Shown: in pieces, positions 1 to 9,229 of the stretch
How positions within the stretch are numbered: position 1 is the first letter of the stretch
Layout of the letters: every line of letters starts with the position of its first letter
NCBI GenBank assembly: GCA_964597695.1
Contig: CAZQZB010000004.1
Coordinates: forward strand, 14,001 to 78,000
DNA length: 64,000 nt
Direction: 5' to 3'
Source: an uncultured Thalassospiraceae bacterium
Lineage (GTDB): Bacteria > Pseudomonadota > Alphaproteobacteria > Rhodospirillales > Casp-alpha2
Position numbers and translations under genes: made by a program
Notes under the pieces: model-generated
Told to the model about the DNA's origin: nothing
Database searches by the model: none
What the model saw: the letters and a program-made list of their open reading frames with translations, nothing else

Positions 1-631
1 CCTGCGTCGACGCCGACAGGAGCGGCCCCATGATCATCGAGGCGCCATCGGCAATGGCTGCCGCTGCCGCCTCGATGGCGCCTTCCGGGGTGCCCTTGGT
101 ATCATGGGTGAGCATTTCGAAACGGTTGTCGGCGAAATCGAAAACGGCCAGTTGCGCCGAATTCAACATCGCCTGGCCCAGCTTAGCGTTGGCGCCGGAA
201 AGGGGAAGCAGCAGGGCCACCCGGACGATATCCTTCGACGCCGGCGGCGGTACCATCGAGCGAGGTTCCGGTACCGGGGCGGCTTCCCGGGGGGGGCGGG
301 TAAGGTAGGGGGTGGCGGCGGTTTCCTTCCCGGGCCCCCGGGCCGGGGCCGCTGGGGCCGGGGGATACTTGACCGCCGACGGCAGCCGCGGGCCAGCTAT
401 CGTCGGATAAGTTTGCGACGGTAGCGGCGTTACGCGATCAGTTGACTTCGACCGGGGCACCGGTTCTCGGGTCGCCTGCGAGGGCGGCGCGGTGGCCCGG
501 GGGCCGCCGGTGGTCTCTCCTTGCAACCAAGGCGGTATTTGGGAAGACTGACACCCCCCAAGCAACAACATCACGGCGAGCGACCATGACTGGGCCCGGA
601 GACGTGAAAGGCAAGCAAAAGAACCGGTCAT
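1..631 (-). CDS. lpoA: LpoA-like penicillin-binding-protein activator / periplasmic-binding-fold lipoprotein (N-terminal part; gene continues beyond window start)
   Basis: The ORF is absent from the track because it runs off the window edge. My minus-strand translation from ATG 631 gives MTGSFACLSRLRAQSWSLAVMLLLGGCQSS (signal peptide plus LGGC lipobox). A Pro/Ala-rich linker follows, then SKDIVRVALLLPLSGANAKLGQAMLNSAQLAVFDFADNRFEMLTHDTKGTPEGAIEAAAAAIADGASMIMGPL, which is typical of the LpoA/LppC binding-protein fold. The gene is divergent from rsmI, as lpoA-rsmI is in E. coli. Confidence 0.6.
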   Translation of the reverse strand, partial: MTGSFACLSRLRAQSWSLAVMLLLGGCQSSQIPPWLQGETTGGPRATAPPSQATREPVPRSKSTDRVTPLPSQTYPTIAGPRLPSAVKYPPAPAAPARGPGKETAATPYLTRPPREAAPVPEPRSMVPPPASKDIVRVALLLPLSGANAKLGQAMLNSAQLAVFDFADNRFEMLTHDTKGTPEGAIEAAAAAIADGASMIMGPLLSASTQ

Positions 632-1578
632 CGGCGGCCTCGACCTCTCCTGATAACACGGGGTCCTCTCGGGGGACCCGCGGCCGTTCAAAGCCTAGCC
701 ACGGCTGCAAACGGAGTAAACCATCCGTTGTCCCCTTAACTCAGGATCTTCGGGGGCTCTACGTGGTCGCCACCCCGATCGGCAACGCCCGCGACATCAC
801 TCTACGCGCGCTTGACGTTCTCGGGTGGGCCGACGTCATTGCCTGCGAGGATACCCGGGTGACGGCCAAGCTGTTAGCCATCCACGGGATTTCCAGGCCC
901 TTGGTGGCCTATCACGAGCACAACGCCGAAAGAGGACGGCCGGGACTTATCAAACGCCTCAAAAAAAGCGAAACCGTGGCGCTGGTATCGGATGCCGGCA
1001 CGCCATTAATTTCCGATCCAGGATTCAAGCTGGTGCGGGCGTGCCTCGAAGAGGAAATCCCCGTGACCCCGCTTCCCGGCGCCTCTTCGGTGCTTGCCGC
1101 CATGGTTGTTTCGGGACTGCCGACGGACCGTTTCTTTTTTGCCGGGTTCCTGCCGCCGAAATCGTCCGCCCGGCGGCGCGCCCTTGGCGAGATCGCCGAA
1201 ATCCCCGGAAGCCTGGTGTTCATGGAATCGGCGAAAAGGCTGGCGGCATCGCTTGCCGACATGGCCGATGTCCTAGGCGACCGGGAGGCCGTCATCGCCC
1301 GTGAAATGACTAAAATATTCGAAGACGTGAGGCGCGGGCCGCTGGCCGGCCTTGCCGCCCTTTACGGCGGCCAAAAACCGCCCAAGGGCGAGGTCAGCAT
1401 CATCGTCGCTCCCTTTTCACGCCCCGGGGTAGACGACGCCGAACTGGACCGTCGGCTCACCGAAGCCATGAAAAGCGCCACGCTGCGTGACGCCGCCGAC
1501 GGCGTTTCGGCGGCGACCGGGATCCCCAGGCGCCGGGTCTATGCCCGGGCACTAAAGATCAAACAGGGGACGGGGTGA
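586..1578 (+). CDS. rsmI: 16S rRNA (cytidine1402-2'-O)-methyltransferase RsmI
   Basis: Track ORF 442..1578. The core LYVVATPIGNARDITLRALDVLGWADVIACEDTR...SDAGTPLISDPG is the RsmI tetrapyrrole-methylase fold. I used the first ATG at 586 (GTG 604 is also possible). The roughly 50 aa before the core are basic low-complexity sequence, so the start is uncertain and would overlap the divergent lpoA start. Confidence 0.85.
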   Translation: MTGPGDVKGKQKNRSSAASTSPDNTGSSRGTRGRSKPSHGCKRSKPSVVPLTQDLRGLYVVATPIGNARDITLRALDVLGWADVIACEDTRVTAKLLAIHGISRPLVAYHEHNAERGRPGLIKRLKKSETVALVSDAGTPLISDPGFKLVRACLEEEIPVTPLPGASSVLAAMVVSGLPTDRFFFAGFLPPKSSARRRALGEIAEIPGSLVFMESAKRLAASLADMADVLGDREAVIAREMTKIFEDVRRGPLAGLAALYGGQKPPKGEVSIIVAPFSRPGVDDAELDRRLTEAMKSATLRDAADGVSAATGIPRRRVYARALKIKQGTG

Positions 1579-1875
1579 GTGAGCCCCGAAACGCCCCGGG
1601 CCCCGGCGCCAAGGAAACAAAAGGCCTGGAAATTCGGCCGCCTTACTGTGAAGCTGGCACCCTGACATCTGAGGGTCAGGGGCTATCGTTTCGTCGCTAG
1701 GGGCTTCCGCGCTCCAGTGGGGGAAATAGACATCTTCGCCCGGCGCAGCGGAACCTTCGTTTTCGTCTAGGTCCGGCCGACACTGGCGGGGCTGGATCAA
1801 TGTTTCGATGTAATATTGGTTTGTCCCTGGCGGCTGCCGGTCCATATGGTAGATGCCTGGCGGCCGGAAACATAA
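1579..1875 (+). pseudogene. yraN: YraN/UPF0102 family endonuclease, interrupted by two in-frame stop codons
   Basis: One frame read from GTG 1579 (abutting the rsmI stop) gives VSPETPRAPAPRKQKAWKFGRLTVKLAP-TGA(1663-1665)-HLRVRGYRFVARGFRAPVGEIDIFARRSGTFVFV-TAG(1768-1770)-VRPTLAGLDQCFDVILVCPWRLPVHMVDAWRPET-TAA(1873-1875). It shows the YraN family signature: GY.I.AR..R...GEIDI.A, then FVEVK, then FD.I.V.P. The TAG sits where the family has the Glu of FVEVK. The position after rsmI matches yraN synteny. Confidence 0.7.
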
Positions 1876-2041
1876 AAGACAGACTAACCAGGGCCATCGC
1901 CTGAAAAAAGGATTCCCAGACCAATGGCGGTGACGTCGGCCTCACCTGGGTCCTGTAAAGTACCCCTTTCGGCTGGTTGCCAGGGACTTTAAAATGGCGA
2001 TAACTGACATAAGAGGTCTTTTCCAGGCGAGGCCAAATTCG

Positions 2042-2653
2042 ATGATGCCCGTTTCCCATTTCTCTTTCATCCTAAGGGCCGCTACCTTGGCGGTGGTTTT
2101 GGGCCTTGGAGCCGGAGGGCTCGTTGGTTGCGCCGGCGCCGCCATCGGCGGTGGAGCGGCCATCGGTACGGCGGCCTACCAGGAACGGAGCATACAGATC
2201 GTCGCCAGGGATTTGGCGGCGGCAACCAAGGTGCGAACCAACCTGCTTGATGCCGGCGAACAATACATCATCGGTGTCGGAGTCAAGGTCTACGAGGGCC
2301 GGGTGCTGTTGACGGGGACCCTGACCAACGAGGAAATGCGGGCGACGGCGGTCAGCCTGACCTGGAAAGTCGAAGGCGTGACGGACGTCATCAATGAAAT
2401 TCAAATCCGCGAGACGAGCCTCCAGGACCTGGCCAAAGATTCTTTGATCACCTCCCAGTTGAAGTCGAAACTTACTTTCGACGAAAAGATCATGGCGATC
2501 AATTATTCCATCGAGACGGTAAACGGGATCGTCTACCTGATCGGCATCGCCCAAAACCAGCAAGAGCTGGACCGTGTCATCGCCCACGCCCGGAACCTCA
2601 GTTACGTACGCCGGATCATCTCGTACGTGCGGGTGAAAAAGGTCGTCTCGTGA
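2042..2653 (+). CDS. BON-domain lipoprotein (DolP/YraP/OsmY-like)
   Basis: Track ORF 1994..2653. The start was moved to ATG 2042, giving MMPVSHFSFILRAATLAVVLGLGAGGLVGC (signal peptide plus lipobox). Two BON-like repeats follow (VKVYEGRVLLTGTL..., IETVNGIVYLIGIA...). The position completes an E. coli-like lpoA-rsmI-yraN-yraP cluster. Confidence 0.8.
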   Translation: MMPVSHFSFILRAATLAVVLGLGAGGLVGCAGAAIGGGAAIGTAAYQERSIQIVARDLAAATKVRTNLLDAGEQYIIGVGVKVYEGRVLLTGTLTNEEMRATAVSLTWKVEGVTDVINEIQIRETSLQDLAKDSLITSQLKSKLTFDEKIMAINYSIETVNGIVYLIGIAQNQQELDRVIAHARNLSYVRRIISYVRVKKVVS

Positions 2654-3489
2654 GGGCGCCGCCGGATATTCGCGCCCGGTTGATCAAAATTGGTACCCTT
2701 GCCGATGAAGACATCGATATTGCCGAAGCGGCGTTTATTTTGGCTGCGGCCGAAAGGCCCGGTGTCGCCCTCGACCCCTACCGTCGGCACCTGGACCACC
2801 TAGTTGCAGACGTTCGCGTCTATGTCGGCGGCACCGAACCGGCCGTAGCGCTCGATCTCCGCATCGAGGCCCTGGAACAGGTAATCGTCAAGCACTATGG
2901 CTACGGCGGCACCGAGGCCGTGTTCGACGATCTCGACGCCGCAAACCTGATGCGGGTGATCGATAACCGCCAAGGGCTTCCCATCGTTATCAGCATTCTT
3001 TTCATTCACACGGCCCGCTGGCTGGGTTGGCCGATTTCGGGCCTGGATTTTCCAGGGCGGTTCCTGGTGCGCATGGAATTTGAAGGTGAGCGGAAGATTC
3101 TCGACCCCTTCGGCGGCGGACGGGTTCTCGAGGCCCAGGACATGCGCGAAATGTTCAAGGCCGTGACCGGCGCCCACGCGGAACTGACGCCAAAGCATTA
3201 CCGGGATGTCGGCAACCGGGACATCCTGCTGCGCCTGCAGGGAAACATCAAAACCTGGCTGCTCCACGGCGAACGGCCGGAAGACGCTATTGATGTGTTG
3301 GAGACGATGCTTTTGTTTGCGCCGCATCAAGCCGAGCTTTGGCGGGAGAAGGGAATGCTTCATGCCCGGCTCGACGACATCAAGGACGCGGTCCAGGCGT
3401 TGGAGGAGTATTTGCGCCGGAGCGGCGGTGCGGGGCCGCTCTACAATACGTCCGTCCTGTTGCAGGAACTGCGCGCCCGGCTTAACTAA
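2650..3489 (+). CDS. SirB1-like transglutaminase-fold/TPR protein (UPF0162 family)
   Basis: 279-aa ORF whose GTG start overlaps the BON gene stop. The N-terminal region (DIDIAEAAFILAAAERPGVALDPYRRHLDHL) and C-terminal TPR-like helices resemble the SirB1/YchA family often found next to gshB in alphaproteobacteria. The assignment is by recollection of the family, not by a search. Confidence 0.55.
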   Translation: MRAPPDIRARLIKIGTLADEDIDIAEAAFILAAAERPGVALDPYRRHLDHLVADVRVYVGGTEPAVALDLRIEALEQVIVKHYGYGGTEAVFDDLDAANLMRVIDNRQGLPIVISILFIHTARWLGWPISGLDFPGRFLVRMEFEGERKILDPFGGGRVLEAQDMREMFKAVTGAHAELTPKHYRDVGNRDILLRLQGNIKTWLLHGERPEDAIDVLETMLLFAPHQAELWREKGMLHARLDDIKDAVQALEEYLRRSGGAGPLYNTSVLLQELRARLN

Positions 3490-3525
3490 TCTCTAACATT
3501 CTCTTGGACGGTAAAGGGAAAAAAC

Positions 3526-4473
3526 ATGGTGTTGAGAGTGGCCATTCAAATGGATCACATTCAGTACATCGACGTGGACGCCGACAGCACCTTCGTGCTG
3601 GCGCTGGAGGCCCAATCCCGCGGTCACGGCCTCTATCATTACCTGCCGGAACAACTCACTTTCGACCAGGGCCGGGTGCGGGCCTGGGCCGAACCCCTCG
3701 AGGTGCACCGGGGCAAAGACGGTCATTTTACGCTAGAGGCCCCTGAGGTCATCGACCTCGCGGACATGGACGTGGTCTTGTTGCGCCAGGACCCGCCATT
3801 CGACATGGCCTACATCACCACCACCCATTTGTTGGGGTACATCCACCCCAAGACACTAGTCGTCAACGACCCGGCCGAGGTAAGGAACGCGCCCGAGAAA
3901 CTCTACGTCACACAATTCCCCGACCTCATGCCGCCGACCCTGATCGCCAGCGGCCGTGAAGAGATTGTGGCGTTCAGGGAAGAGCACGAGGACATCATCC
4001 TGAAACCCCTTTACGGAAATGGCGGCGCTGGGGTCTTTCACGTGACGCCGGGAGACGAAAACCTGAACGCGCTTTTGGAAATGTTCACCGAGTTCTACCG
4101 TGAACCCATCATCGCCCAAAAGTACCTGGCGGAAGTGCGCGAGGGGGACAAACGCATCATCCTCATCAACGGCGAGGCCGCCGGCGCCATCAACCGCATT
4201 CCGGCCCCGGGCGAGACCCGGGCCAATATGCACGCCGGCGCAGAGCCGGTGAAGGCGGCGCTGTCGGAGAGGGACCGGGAAATCTGCGAGGCCATCGGGC
4301 CTGATTTAAGGGCCCGGGGGCTGATCTTCGTCGGCATCGACGTCATCGGCGATTGCCTGACCGAAATCAACGTCACCTCGCCGACGGGCCTCCAGGAAAT
4401 CAACCGCTTCGACGGGGTCAGCCTGGAGGCCCAAATCTGGGACGCCATCGAGGCGCGAGTTTCCCAGGTTTAA
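3526..4473 (+). CDS. gshB: glutathione synthetase
   Basis: 315 aa. The N-terminal GshB domain ([30 protein letters not shown]) and ATP-grasp part ([15 protein letters not shown]..., EINVTSPTG) are characteristic of prokaryotic GshB. Confidence 0.95.
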   Translation: MVLRVAIQMDHIQYIDVDADSTFVLALEAQSRGHGLYHYLPEQLTFDQGRVRAWAEPLEVHRGKDGHFTLEAPEVIDLADMDVVLLRQDPPFDMAYITTTHLLGYIHPKTLVVNDPAEVRNAPEKLYVTQFPDLMPPTLIASGREEIVAFREEHEDIILKPLYGNGGAGVFHVTPGDENLNALLEMFTEFYREPIIAQKYLAEVREGDKRIILINGEAAGAINRIPAPGETRANMHAGAEPVKAALSERDREICEAIGPDLRARGLIFVGIDVIGDCLTEINVTSPTGLQEINRFDGVSLEAQIWDAIEARVSQV

Positions 4474-4956
4474 ATAGGCCCCGGCTTTAGCCGCCAACTT
4501 TACCCCCCTTCGAGTATTCCGACACCTCCAAAAACACCCGCCGAAATTGATGGTGGCGTTTTTCTTCATTCCGGCTGCACTCTTGGCCCAAGCAAAAATT
4601 CAGGGAGGCTCCATCCCGTGGTCGCCAGGGTTTCGACGGTCGCCTTTAGGCAAGGCCTTATGGATCGACGTGACCCAGCTGTCGTCCTAGTCGTCGGGAA
4701 ATAGAAGTTTGCCTGTTCTGCTCACGAAGGACCGTTGGTGTGTTTAAGATGGATCCATGCTGCCAGCGGTTTGTGAGCTTAAAATTCTACACGCCCCAAC
4801 GGCGCCGGTGAATCCCCTGCTCCAACTAAGTTCCAAAGATCTAAAATTGTTCGATTTGTCCCTGCGGTGCCAACAGGGTCCGGACCCAGATGCGGGCGAA
4901 AATGCGTGAATCTGGGCTTGAGTCCAGTGGGGTTAAACTTGGGATTAAGGGTAGGT

Positions 4957-5325
4957 TTAAGCTCGCTTGATCATGCCGCCGAGATCACGGCCGGCAAAAA
5001 TATGAACGTGGAAATGGGCAACTTCCTGGTGGGCGTCGGGGCCGTTATTGGAGAGAAACCGATACCCGTCCTCGACGGCGCCGATTTCGAGCGCCACCTT
5101 GCCGATGGCCCGGAAGAACCCTTCGATTTCAGCGTCGGTGGCGTTTTCGGAGAAATCGTTCATGGACTGATGGGGGCCCTTGGGAATCACCAGAACGTGC
5201 TTCGGAGCTTGGGGGTTGATGTCCCTGAAGGCAAGCGAGGTATCGTCTTCATAGACCTTGTCGCAAGGAATTTCACCTCTCAGAATTTTTGCGAAAATGT
5301 TGTCTTTGTCGTAATCCATGCTCAA
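4957..5325 (-). CDS. HIT-family nucleotide hydrolase (HinT-like)
   Basis: 122 aa with the histidine-triad motif HFHVHIF and a typical N-terminus (IFAKILRGEIPCDKVYEDD). It overlaps the hisE stop, so it is probably the last gene of the his operon. Confidence 0.9.
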   Translation of the reverse strand: MSMDYDKDNIFAKILRGEIPCDKVYEDDTSLAFRDINPQAPKHVLVIPKGPHQSMNDFSENATDAEIEGFFRAIGKVALEIGAVEDGYRFLSNNGPDAHQEVAHFHVHIFAGRDLGGMIKRA

Positions 5326-5669
5326 ATTCCTTGTTCCTTGGGCCGTGATTTCTTCTTTTCTATCCCGGAGACGCCGACGCGGCTTTCCAATTCATCGAAG
5401 ACATCCACCGGCCTTATGCCCTGGTCCGCCCACAGCACCATCAGGTGATAAAGCAGGTCGGCGCTTTCGCTAACTACCCTATCCGGCGTCTGGTGCAATG
5501 CAGCGATGATCACTTCGATAGCTTCTTCGCCAGTTTTCTTTGCGATTTTACCGCGTCCTTTCTCGAACAACTTGGCGGTGTGGGAAACCTTGGGATCGCC
5601 GCCTTTCCGGCTTTCGATCACGGAAAAAAGCTCTTCGATGATTTGGCTGGTTTTGGGCTCTTTGTTCAT
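5322..5669 (-). CDS. hisE: phosphoribosyl-ATP pyrophosphatase
   Basis: 115 aa with MazG-like PRA-PH signatures ([10 protein letters not shown]..., [23 protein letters not shown]). Confidence 0.9.
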   Translation of the reverse strand: MNKEPKTSQIIEELFSVIESRKGGDPKVSHTAKLFEKGRGKIAKKTGEEAIEVIIAALHQTPDRVVSESADLLYHLMVLWADQGIRPVDVFDELESRVGVSGIEKKKSRPKEQGI

Positions 5670-6460
5670 GGCGTTGCCTTCCCGGCTGGGCGCGTCCCGA
5701 TGTCATCCCTGACCGGGACGCCTGCGTCCTTCATGTAAGCCTTGGCTTGGCCAATGGTATAGGTGCCGAAATGAAAGATCGAGGCCGCCAGCACGGCGGA
5801 TGCGCGCCCTTCGGTGACGCCTTTTACGAGATGATCGAGGGTGCCGACGCCGCCGGACGCGATTACCGGCACCCGAACGGCATCGGAGACGACCCGGGTA
5901 AGCTCCAAATCGAAACCCTTTTTGGTGCCGTCCCGGTCCATGGAGGTGAGCAAAATTTCCCCCGCACCCCTATCCGCCATGCGCTCGCACCAGCCGACGA
6001 CTTCTATGCCGGTGGGCTCGCGGCCCCCGTGGGTGTAAATTTCGAACCCGGCCGGGCCTTTTCTTTTGGCATCGACGGAGACAACGATGCACTGGCTGCC
6101 GAATTTTTTCGCCGCCTCGCCGACGAAATCCGGGTTTCTGACCGCGGCGGTATTGATGGCGACCTTATCGGCGCCGGCCAGGAGGAGTTTGCGGATGTCG
6201 GCGGTGGTCCTGACCCCGCCGCCGACGGTCAAAGGCATGAAGCATTTTTCCGCCGTTTTGCCTACGACGTCGAAGAGGGTTTCGCGGTCGTCAGAACTGG
6301 CGGTGATGTCGAGGAAACAGAGCTCGTCGGCACCGGCATGGTCATAGATCTCGGCCTGTTCGGCTGGGTCGCCGGCATCCACCAAGTCGACGAAATTGAC
6401 CCCCTTGACGACCCGGCCCGCATCCACGTCCAGGCACGGAATTATTCTGACTTTCAGCAT
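5666..6460 (-). CDS. hisF: imidazole glycerol phosphate synthase cyclase subunit
   Basis: Track ORF 5666..6496. The start was moved to ATG 6460 ([12 protein letters not shown]...), which is the canonical HisF N-terminus and lies downstream of the hisA stop at 6493. Motifs [12 protein letters not shown] and ASGGVG are present. Confidence 0.95.
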   Translation of the reverse strand: MLKVRIIPCLDVDAGRVVKGVNFVDLVDAGDPAEQAEIYDHAGADELCFLDITASSDDRETLFDVVGKTAEKCFMPLTVGGGVRTTADIRKLLLAGADKVAINTAAVRNPDFVGEAAKKFGSQCIVVSVDAKRKGPAGFEIYTHGGREPTGIEVVGWCERMADRGAGEILLTSMDRDGTKKGFDLELTRVVSDAVRVPVIASGGVGTLDHLVKGVTEGRASAVLAASIFHFGTYTIGQAKAYMKDAGVPVRDDIGTRPAGKATP

Positions 6461-6492
6461 TGTTCCGTTTCTGTTTCCCGGTCGTCCCAGCC

Positions 6493-7218
6493 TCACGCCG
6501 CCAACAGCCCGACGGCAGCGACCAAATCAATTCGCCCGTCGTAAAGGGCGCGGCCGCTGATGACACCCTCGAGCAGCCCGTCGCCCGCCTCTTTCGCCGC
6601 CTCCAGGTCCCCCATGCCGGAGACGCCGCCCGACAGGATAACCGGTATGGAAACCGCTTTCGCGAGTTCGACAGTCGCCCCCACGTTGGGGCCCTTCATA
6701 GTACCGTCCCGCGCTATGTCCGTATAGATGATGGCGGCGGCGCCCGAGTCCTCGAAACGTTTAGCCAAATCGAGGGCCGTGATCTCGGAAATCTCGGTCC
6801 AGCCCTCGACGGCGACCATGCCGTCCTTGGCGTCGATGCCCACGGCCACGCGCCCGGGACGGTTGCCGCAGGCTTCCTTCACGAGTTCCGGCTCACGGAC
6901 CGCGACGGTGCCCAGGATTACTCTTTCAACGCCGCCGTCGAGCCAGAAATCGATGGTTTCCCTGTCCCGGATGCCACCCCCCAACTGCACCGGGATTTCG
7001 ATGGCCTCGAGAATCCCGCTGACGGCGTCGGCGTTCACAGGGCGGCCGGCAACGGCGCCGTTGAGATCAACGACGTGTAGCCACTCGGCGCCGGCGTCAG
7101 CGAACCCCCGCGCTTGGCCGGCGAGGTCGTTGCCGAACACGGTAACCTTTTCCATGTCGCCCTGGTAAAGGCGCACGCATTGGCCGTCCTTGATGTCAAT
7201 AGCCGGGAAAAAGATCAT
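6493..7218 (-). CDS. hisA: 1-(5-phosphoribosyl)-5-[(5-phosphoribosylamino)methylideneamino]imidazole-4-carboxamide isomerase
   Basis: 241 aa. [17 protein letters not shown] and ...LSGGVSG are typical of HisA. Confidence 0.95.
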   Translation of the reverse strand: MIFFPAIDIKDGQCVRLYQGDMEKVTVFGNDLAGQARGFADAGAEWLHVVDLNGAVAGRPVNADAVSGILEAIEIPVQLGGGIRDRETIDFWLDGGVERVILGTVAVREPELVKEACGNRPGRVAVGIDAKDGMVAVEGWTEISEITALDLAKRFEDSGAAAIIYTDIARDGTMKGPNVGATVELAKAVSIPVILSGGVSGMGDLEAAKEAGDGLLEGVISGRALYDGRIDLVAAVGLLAA

Positions 7219-7252
7219 CTCGGTTCCCTCATAATCCTTGTTTCATAATGCA

Positions 7253-7897
7253 TTACGGCCGCCAGTTGAGAAAATTGGTGATCAACCGAAGGCCTACGGC
7301 TTGGCTTTTTTCCGGGTGGAACTGGGTCCCCACCATGTTGTCGCGGCCGACCGCCGCCGTCGTTGGGCCGCCGTAATCGACGCTTGCCAGGATATGGTCC
7401 TTGGCGGCGGGGTCGAAGCCGTAGGAGTGAACGAAGTAAGCATGGGCGCCTACGCCGATTCCTTCAAAGAGTGGATGAAGAGGCGTCTCCAGGTCCAAGT
7501 TATTCCAGCCCATGTGAGGTATCTTTAAGGACTCGTCCGAAGGCGCCAGCGCCACCACCTCTCCGGCGATCCAGCCCAGTCCGGGCGTATCCAGGTGCTC
7601 GCGGCCGATGTCGGCCATCAACTGCATGCCGACGCAGATCCCCAGGAACGGCTTGGCGACCCTGATCACCTGCTCGTCCAGGGCCTCGACCATGCCCGCA
7701 AGCGCATCCAGGCCGCGGCGGCAATCGGCGAAGGCGCCGACGCCCGGCAGCACGATGTGGCTGGCTTTTGCCAAGTCTTCCGCCTTGCCGGTGACCGTTA
7801 TCCGGAGGCCAAGGCCCGCTTCGGCGACGGCGCGCTCGAAGTCCTTTGCGGCAGAGCGGAGGTTGCCCGATCCGTAGTCGATGATGGCGACGGTCAT
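7253..7897 (-). CDS. hisH: imidazole glycerol phosphate synthase glutamine amidotransferase subunit
   Basis: 214 aa. It starts [15 protein letters not shown], has the catalytic Cys in GICVGMQL, and has a C-terminal FHPEKS. Confidence 0.95.
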   Translation of the reverse strand: MTVAIIDYGSGNLRSAAKDFERAVAEAGLGLRITVTGKAEDLAKASHIVLPGVGAFADCRRGLDALAGMVEALDEQVIRVAKPFLGICVGMQLMADIGREHLDTPGLGWIAGEVVALAPSDESLKIPHMGWNNLDLETPLHPLFEGIGVGAHAYFVHSYGFDPAAKDHILASVDYGGPTTAAVGRDNMVGTQFHPEKSQAVGLRLITNFLNWRP

Positions 7898-7907
7898 GAA
7901 TTAGCCT

Positions 7908-8300
7908 TCAAGGTTTGATGTCGGCGGCCAGGACCGGCTCGGTGTCGAGATAACGCCGGAGGGCGGCGTCGGCATTGTCACCGCTGGAGACGTCGGCCAG
8001 GGCATAGCCCAGCCGATCCAGCCGACGCCGCCGGAAGTCGTTGCCCATATAGCCAACGATTACGGCAAGCCCCAGCGATAGTGCCGATTGGCTCAGCGGA
8101 TCCAGGTGCAGCTTGGTGCCCGAAAAGCCGATGGCCGTACCGGCAAGGAAAATCACTCCCGCCGGCACCCACAACTGGTGCCAGAGCGCCCACAGAAAGG
8201 ACAGGAAGAAAGCCGGCCATGAAAAGCCTTCCTTGACCACGAGCAAGTCGCGGTCCGGGTCGAGGCCGTGACGACGAAGGTGGATAGTGTAGACTTTCAT
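7908..8300 (-). CDS. DUF2628-like small membrane protein embedded in the his operon
   Basis: Track ORF 7908..8537. The start was moved to ATG 8300 (MKVYTIHLRRHGLDPDRDLLVVKEGFSWPAFFLSFLWALWH...), because the longer version would overlap hisB. It has two hydrophobic helices. A protein of this type commonly sits between hisB and hisH in alphaproteobacteria. Confidence 0.7.
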   Translation of the reverse strand: MKVYTIHLRRHGLDPDRDLLVVKEGFSWPAFFLSFLWALWHQLWVPAGVIFLAGTAIGFSGTKLHLDPLSQSALSLGLAVIVGYMGNDFRRRRLDRLGYALADVSSGDNADAALRRYLDTEPVLAADIKP

Positions 8301-8344
8301 GCTCGGCGGTCCTGGTTTTGCCCGGCGTTTTGCCTGCGTCGGGC

Positions 8345-9202
8345 TCAGAGAGAACCGCCGAGGACCCCCTTGGTGGACGGAACGGCGTCGCTCTTTCGCG
8401 GATCGATTTCGATGGCCTGGCGCAGCGCCCGAGCTAGGCCCTTGTAGCACGATTCGACGATGTGGTGGGTGTTCTCGCCGTAAAGGTTCTCCACATGCAG
8501 CGTGATCCCCGCCGCCTGGGCGAAGGCTTGGAACCATTCTTTGAAAAGCTCGGTATCCATCTCGCCCAGTTTCGGCCGTGTGAACTGGACCTTCCAGATC
8601 AAATAGGGCCGGTTGGACACGTCGAGGACTATCCGGCTCAGTGTCTCGTCCATGGGTATCAGGGCGGCGCCATACCGTACGATGCCGGCGCGGTCACCAA
8701 GCGCCTTGGACATCGCCTCCCCGATGGCAATTCCGGTGTCTTCGTTGGTGTGGTGGGAATCGATGTGCAGGTCGCCTTTTGCATCGACCTCCAGGTCAAT
8801 GAGACTGTGCCTGGATAGCTGTTCAAGCATATGGTCCAGAAAGCCGATACCCGTATCGACGGAATATTCGCCGCTGCCGTCCAGATTGACGGCAACACGG
8901 ATTTGGGTCTCCTTGGTGCGACGTTCGATCGTTGCGGTGCGCATAGTCGGGTCTCCTGGCGGCCGGGACGGCGACGGCCTTGGTCCTCTTACGGGGCCGC
9001 CAACGGGGGTATCAAGGGAACCGAAAAGCTCCGCCGGGCCGCAATCGAGGCCGGCGGCGAGGCGCTCCATCCAGTCCTGGGTCAGCTTGCGGCGGCCGGC
9101 TTCCAGGTGACCCACCTGCTGTCCGGTGGTGCCGATGCGCTGTGCCAATTCCTGTTGGCTTAGGCCATATTGTTTCCTTAGTTGGCGAATTCGGTTCGTC
9201 AT
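8345..9202 (-). CDS. hisB: imidazoleglycerol-phosphate dehydratase with an in-frame N-terminal XRE-family HTH domain (HTH 8945-9202; HisB core 8345-8944)
   Basis: 285-aa ORF. Residues 1-60 are [52 protein letters not shown], a Cro/cI-type HTH. Residues 61-86 are a Pro/Gly linker. Residues 87-285 are a full IGPD ([17 protein letters not shown]..., metal motifs DSHHTNED and ENTHHIVES). The internal ATG 8944 is preceded by AGGAGA at 7 nt, so a free HisB could also be made. Confidence 0.9.
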   Translation of the reverse strand: MTNRIRQLRKQYGLSQQELAQRIGTTGQQVGHLEAGRRKLTQDWMERLAAGLDCGPAELFGSLDTPVGGPVRGPRPSPSRPPGDPTMRTATIERRTKETQIRVAVNLDGSGEYSVDTGIGFLDHMLEQLSRHSLIDLEVDAKGDLHIDSHHTNEDTGIAIGEAMSKALGDRAGIVRYGAALIPMDETLSRIVLDVSNRPYLIWKVQFTRPKLGEMDTELFKEWFQAFAQAAGITLHVENLYGENTHHIVESCYKGLARALRQAIEIDPRKSDAVPSTKGVLGGSL

Positions 9203-9208
9203 TTGATA

Positions 9209-9229
9209 ATTTAAACATAATGTTTAAAT
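9209..9229. promoter_or_regulatory. 21-bp perfect palindrome ATTTAAACAT-A-ATGTTTAAAT, candidate operator for the XRE HTH
   Basis: The palindrome was read directly from the sequence. It ends 7 nt upstream of the HTH-hisB ATG (9202) and lies inside a 58-bp stretch (9203-9260) that is 84% A+T by my count. It overlaps a TGnTTAAAT extended -10-like element on the minus strand. The operator function is inferred. Confidence 0.5.

Noticed and set aside
1663-1770. Possibility that the in-frame TGA/TAG in yraN and the TAA codons in the aminotransferase reflect recoding (selenocysteine, pyrrolysine or an altered genetic code)
   Set aside because: All three stop codons also terminate dozens of normal-length genes in this window. 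I saw no SECIS-like hairpin after the TGA. The aminotransferase also has frameshifts. Gene decay or sequence error is the simpler reading.
4034-4049. parS-like 16-mer TCTTTCACGTGACGCC inside gshB
   Set aside because: It matches the parS consensus at only 12 of 16 positions, with the right arm disrupted. It lies 28 kb from parAB and within coding sequence, so it is probably a chance CACGTG core.
4474-4956. Two-piece alphaproteobacterial tmRNA (ssrA) or a tRNA in the gshB-HIT gap
   Set aside because: There are only fragmentary resemblances: GGGTTTCGACGG and a T-arm-like CTGGGCTTGAGTCCAG. There is no acceptor stem with CCA, no tag reading frame and no complete cloverleaf.
5747-6544. 265-aa plus-strand ORF, and similar long ORFs at 6460..7080, 28950..29948, 44909..45775, 60810..61529 and 62898..63935
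   Set aside because: They lie antisense to, or in alternative frames of, genes with unmistakable family signatures (hisF, hisA, the yyaL-like gene, ribA, gdhB). Their translations are Arg/Gly/Pro/Ala-rich low-complexity sequence, typical of shadow ORFs in GC-rich DNA.
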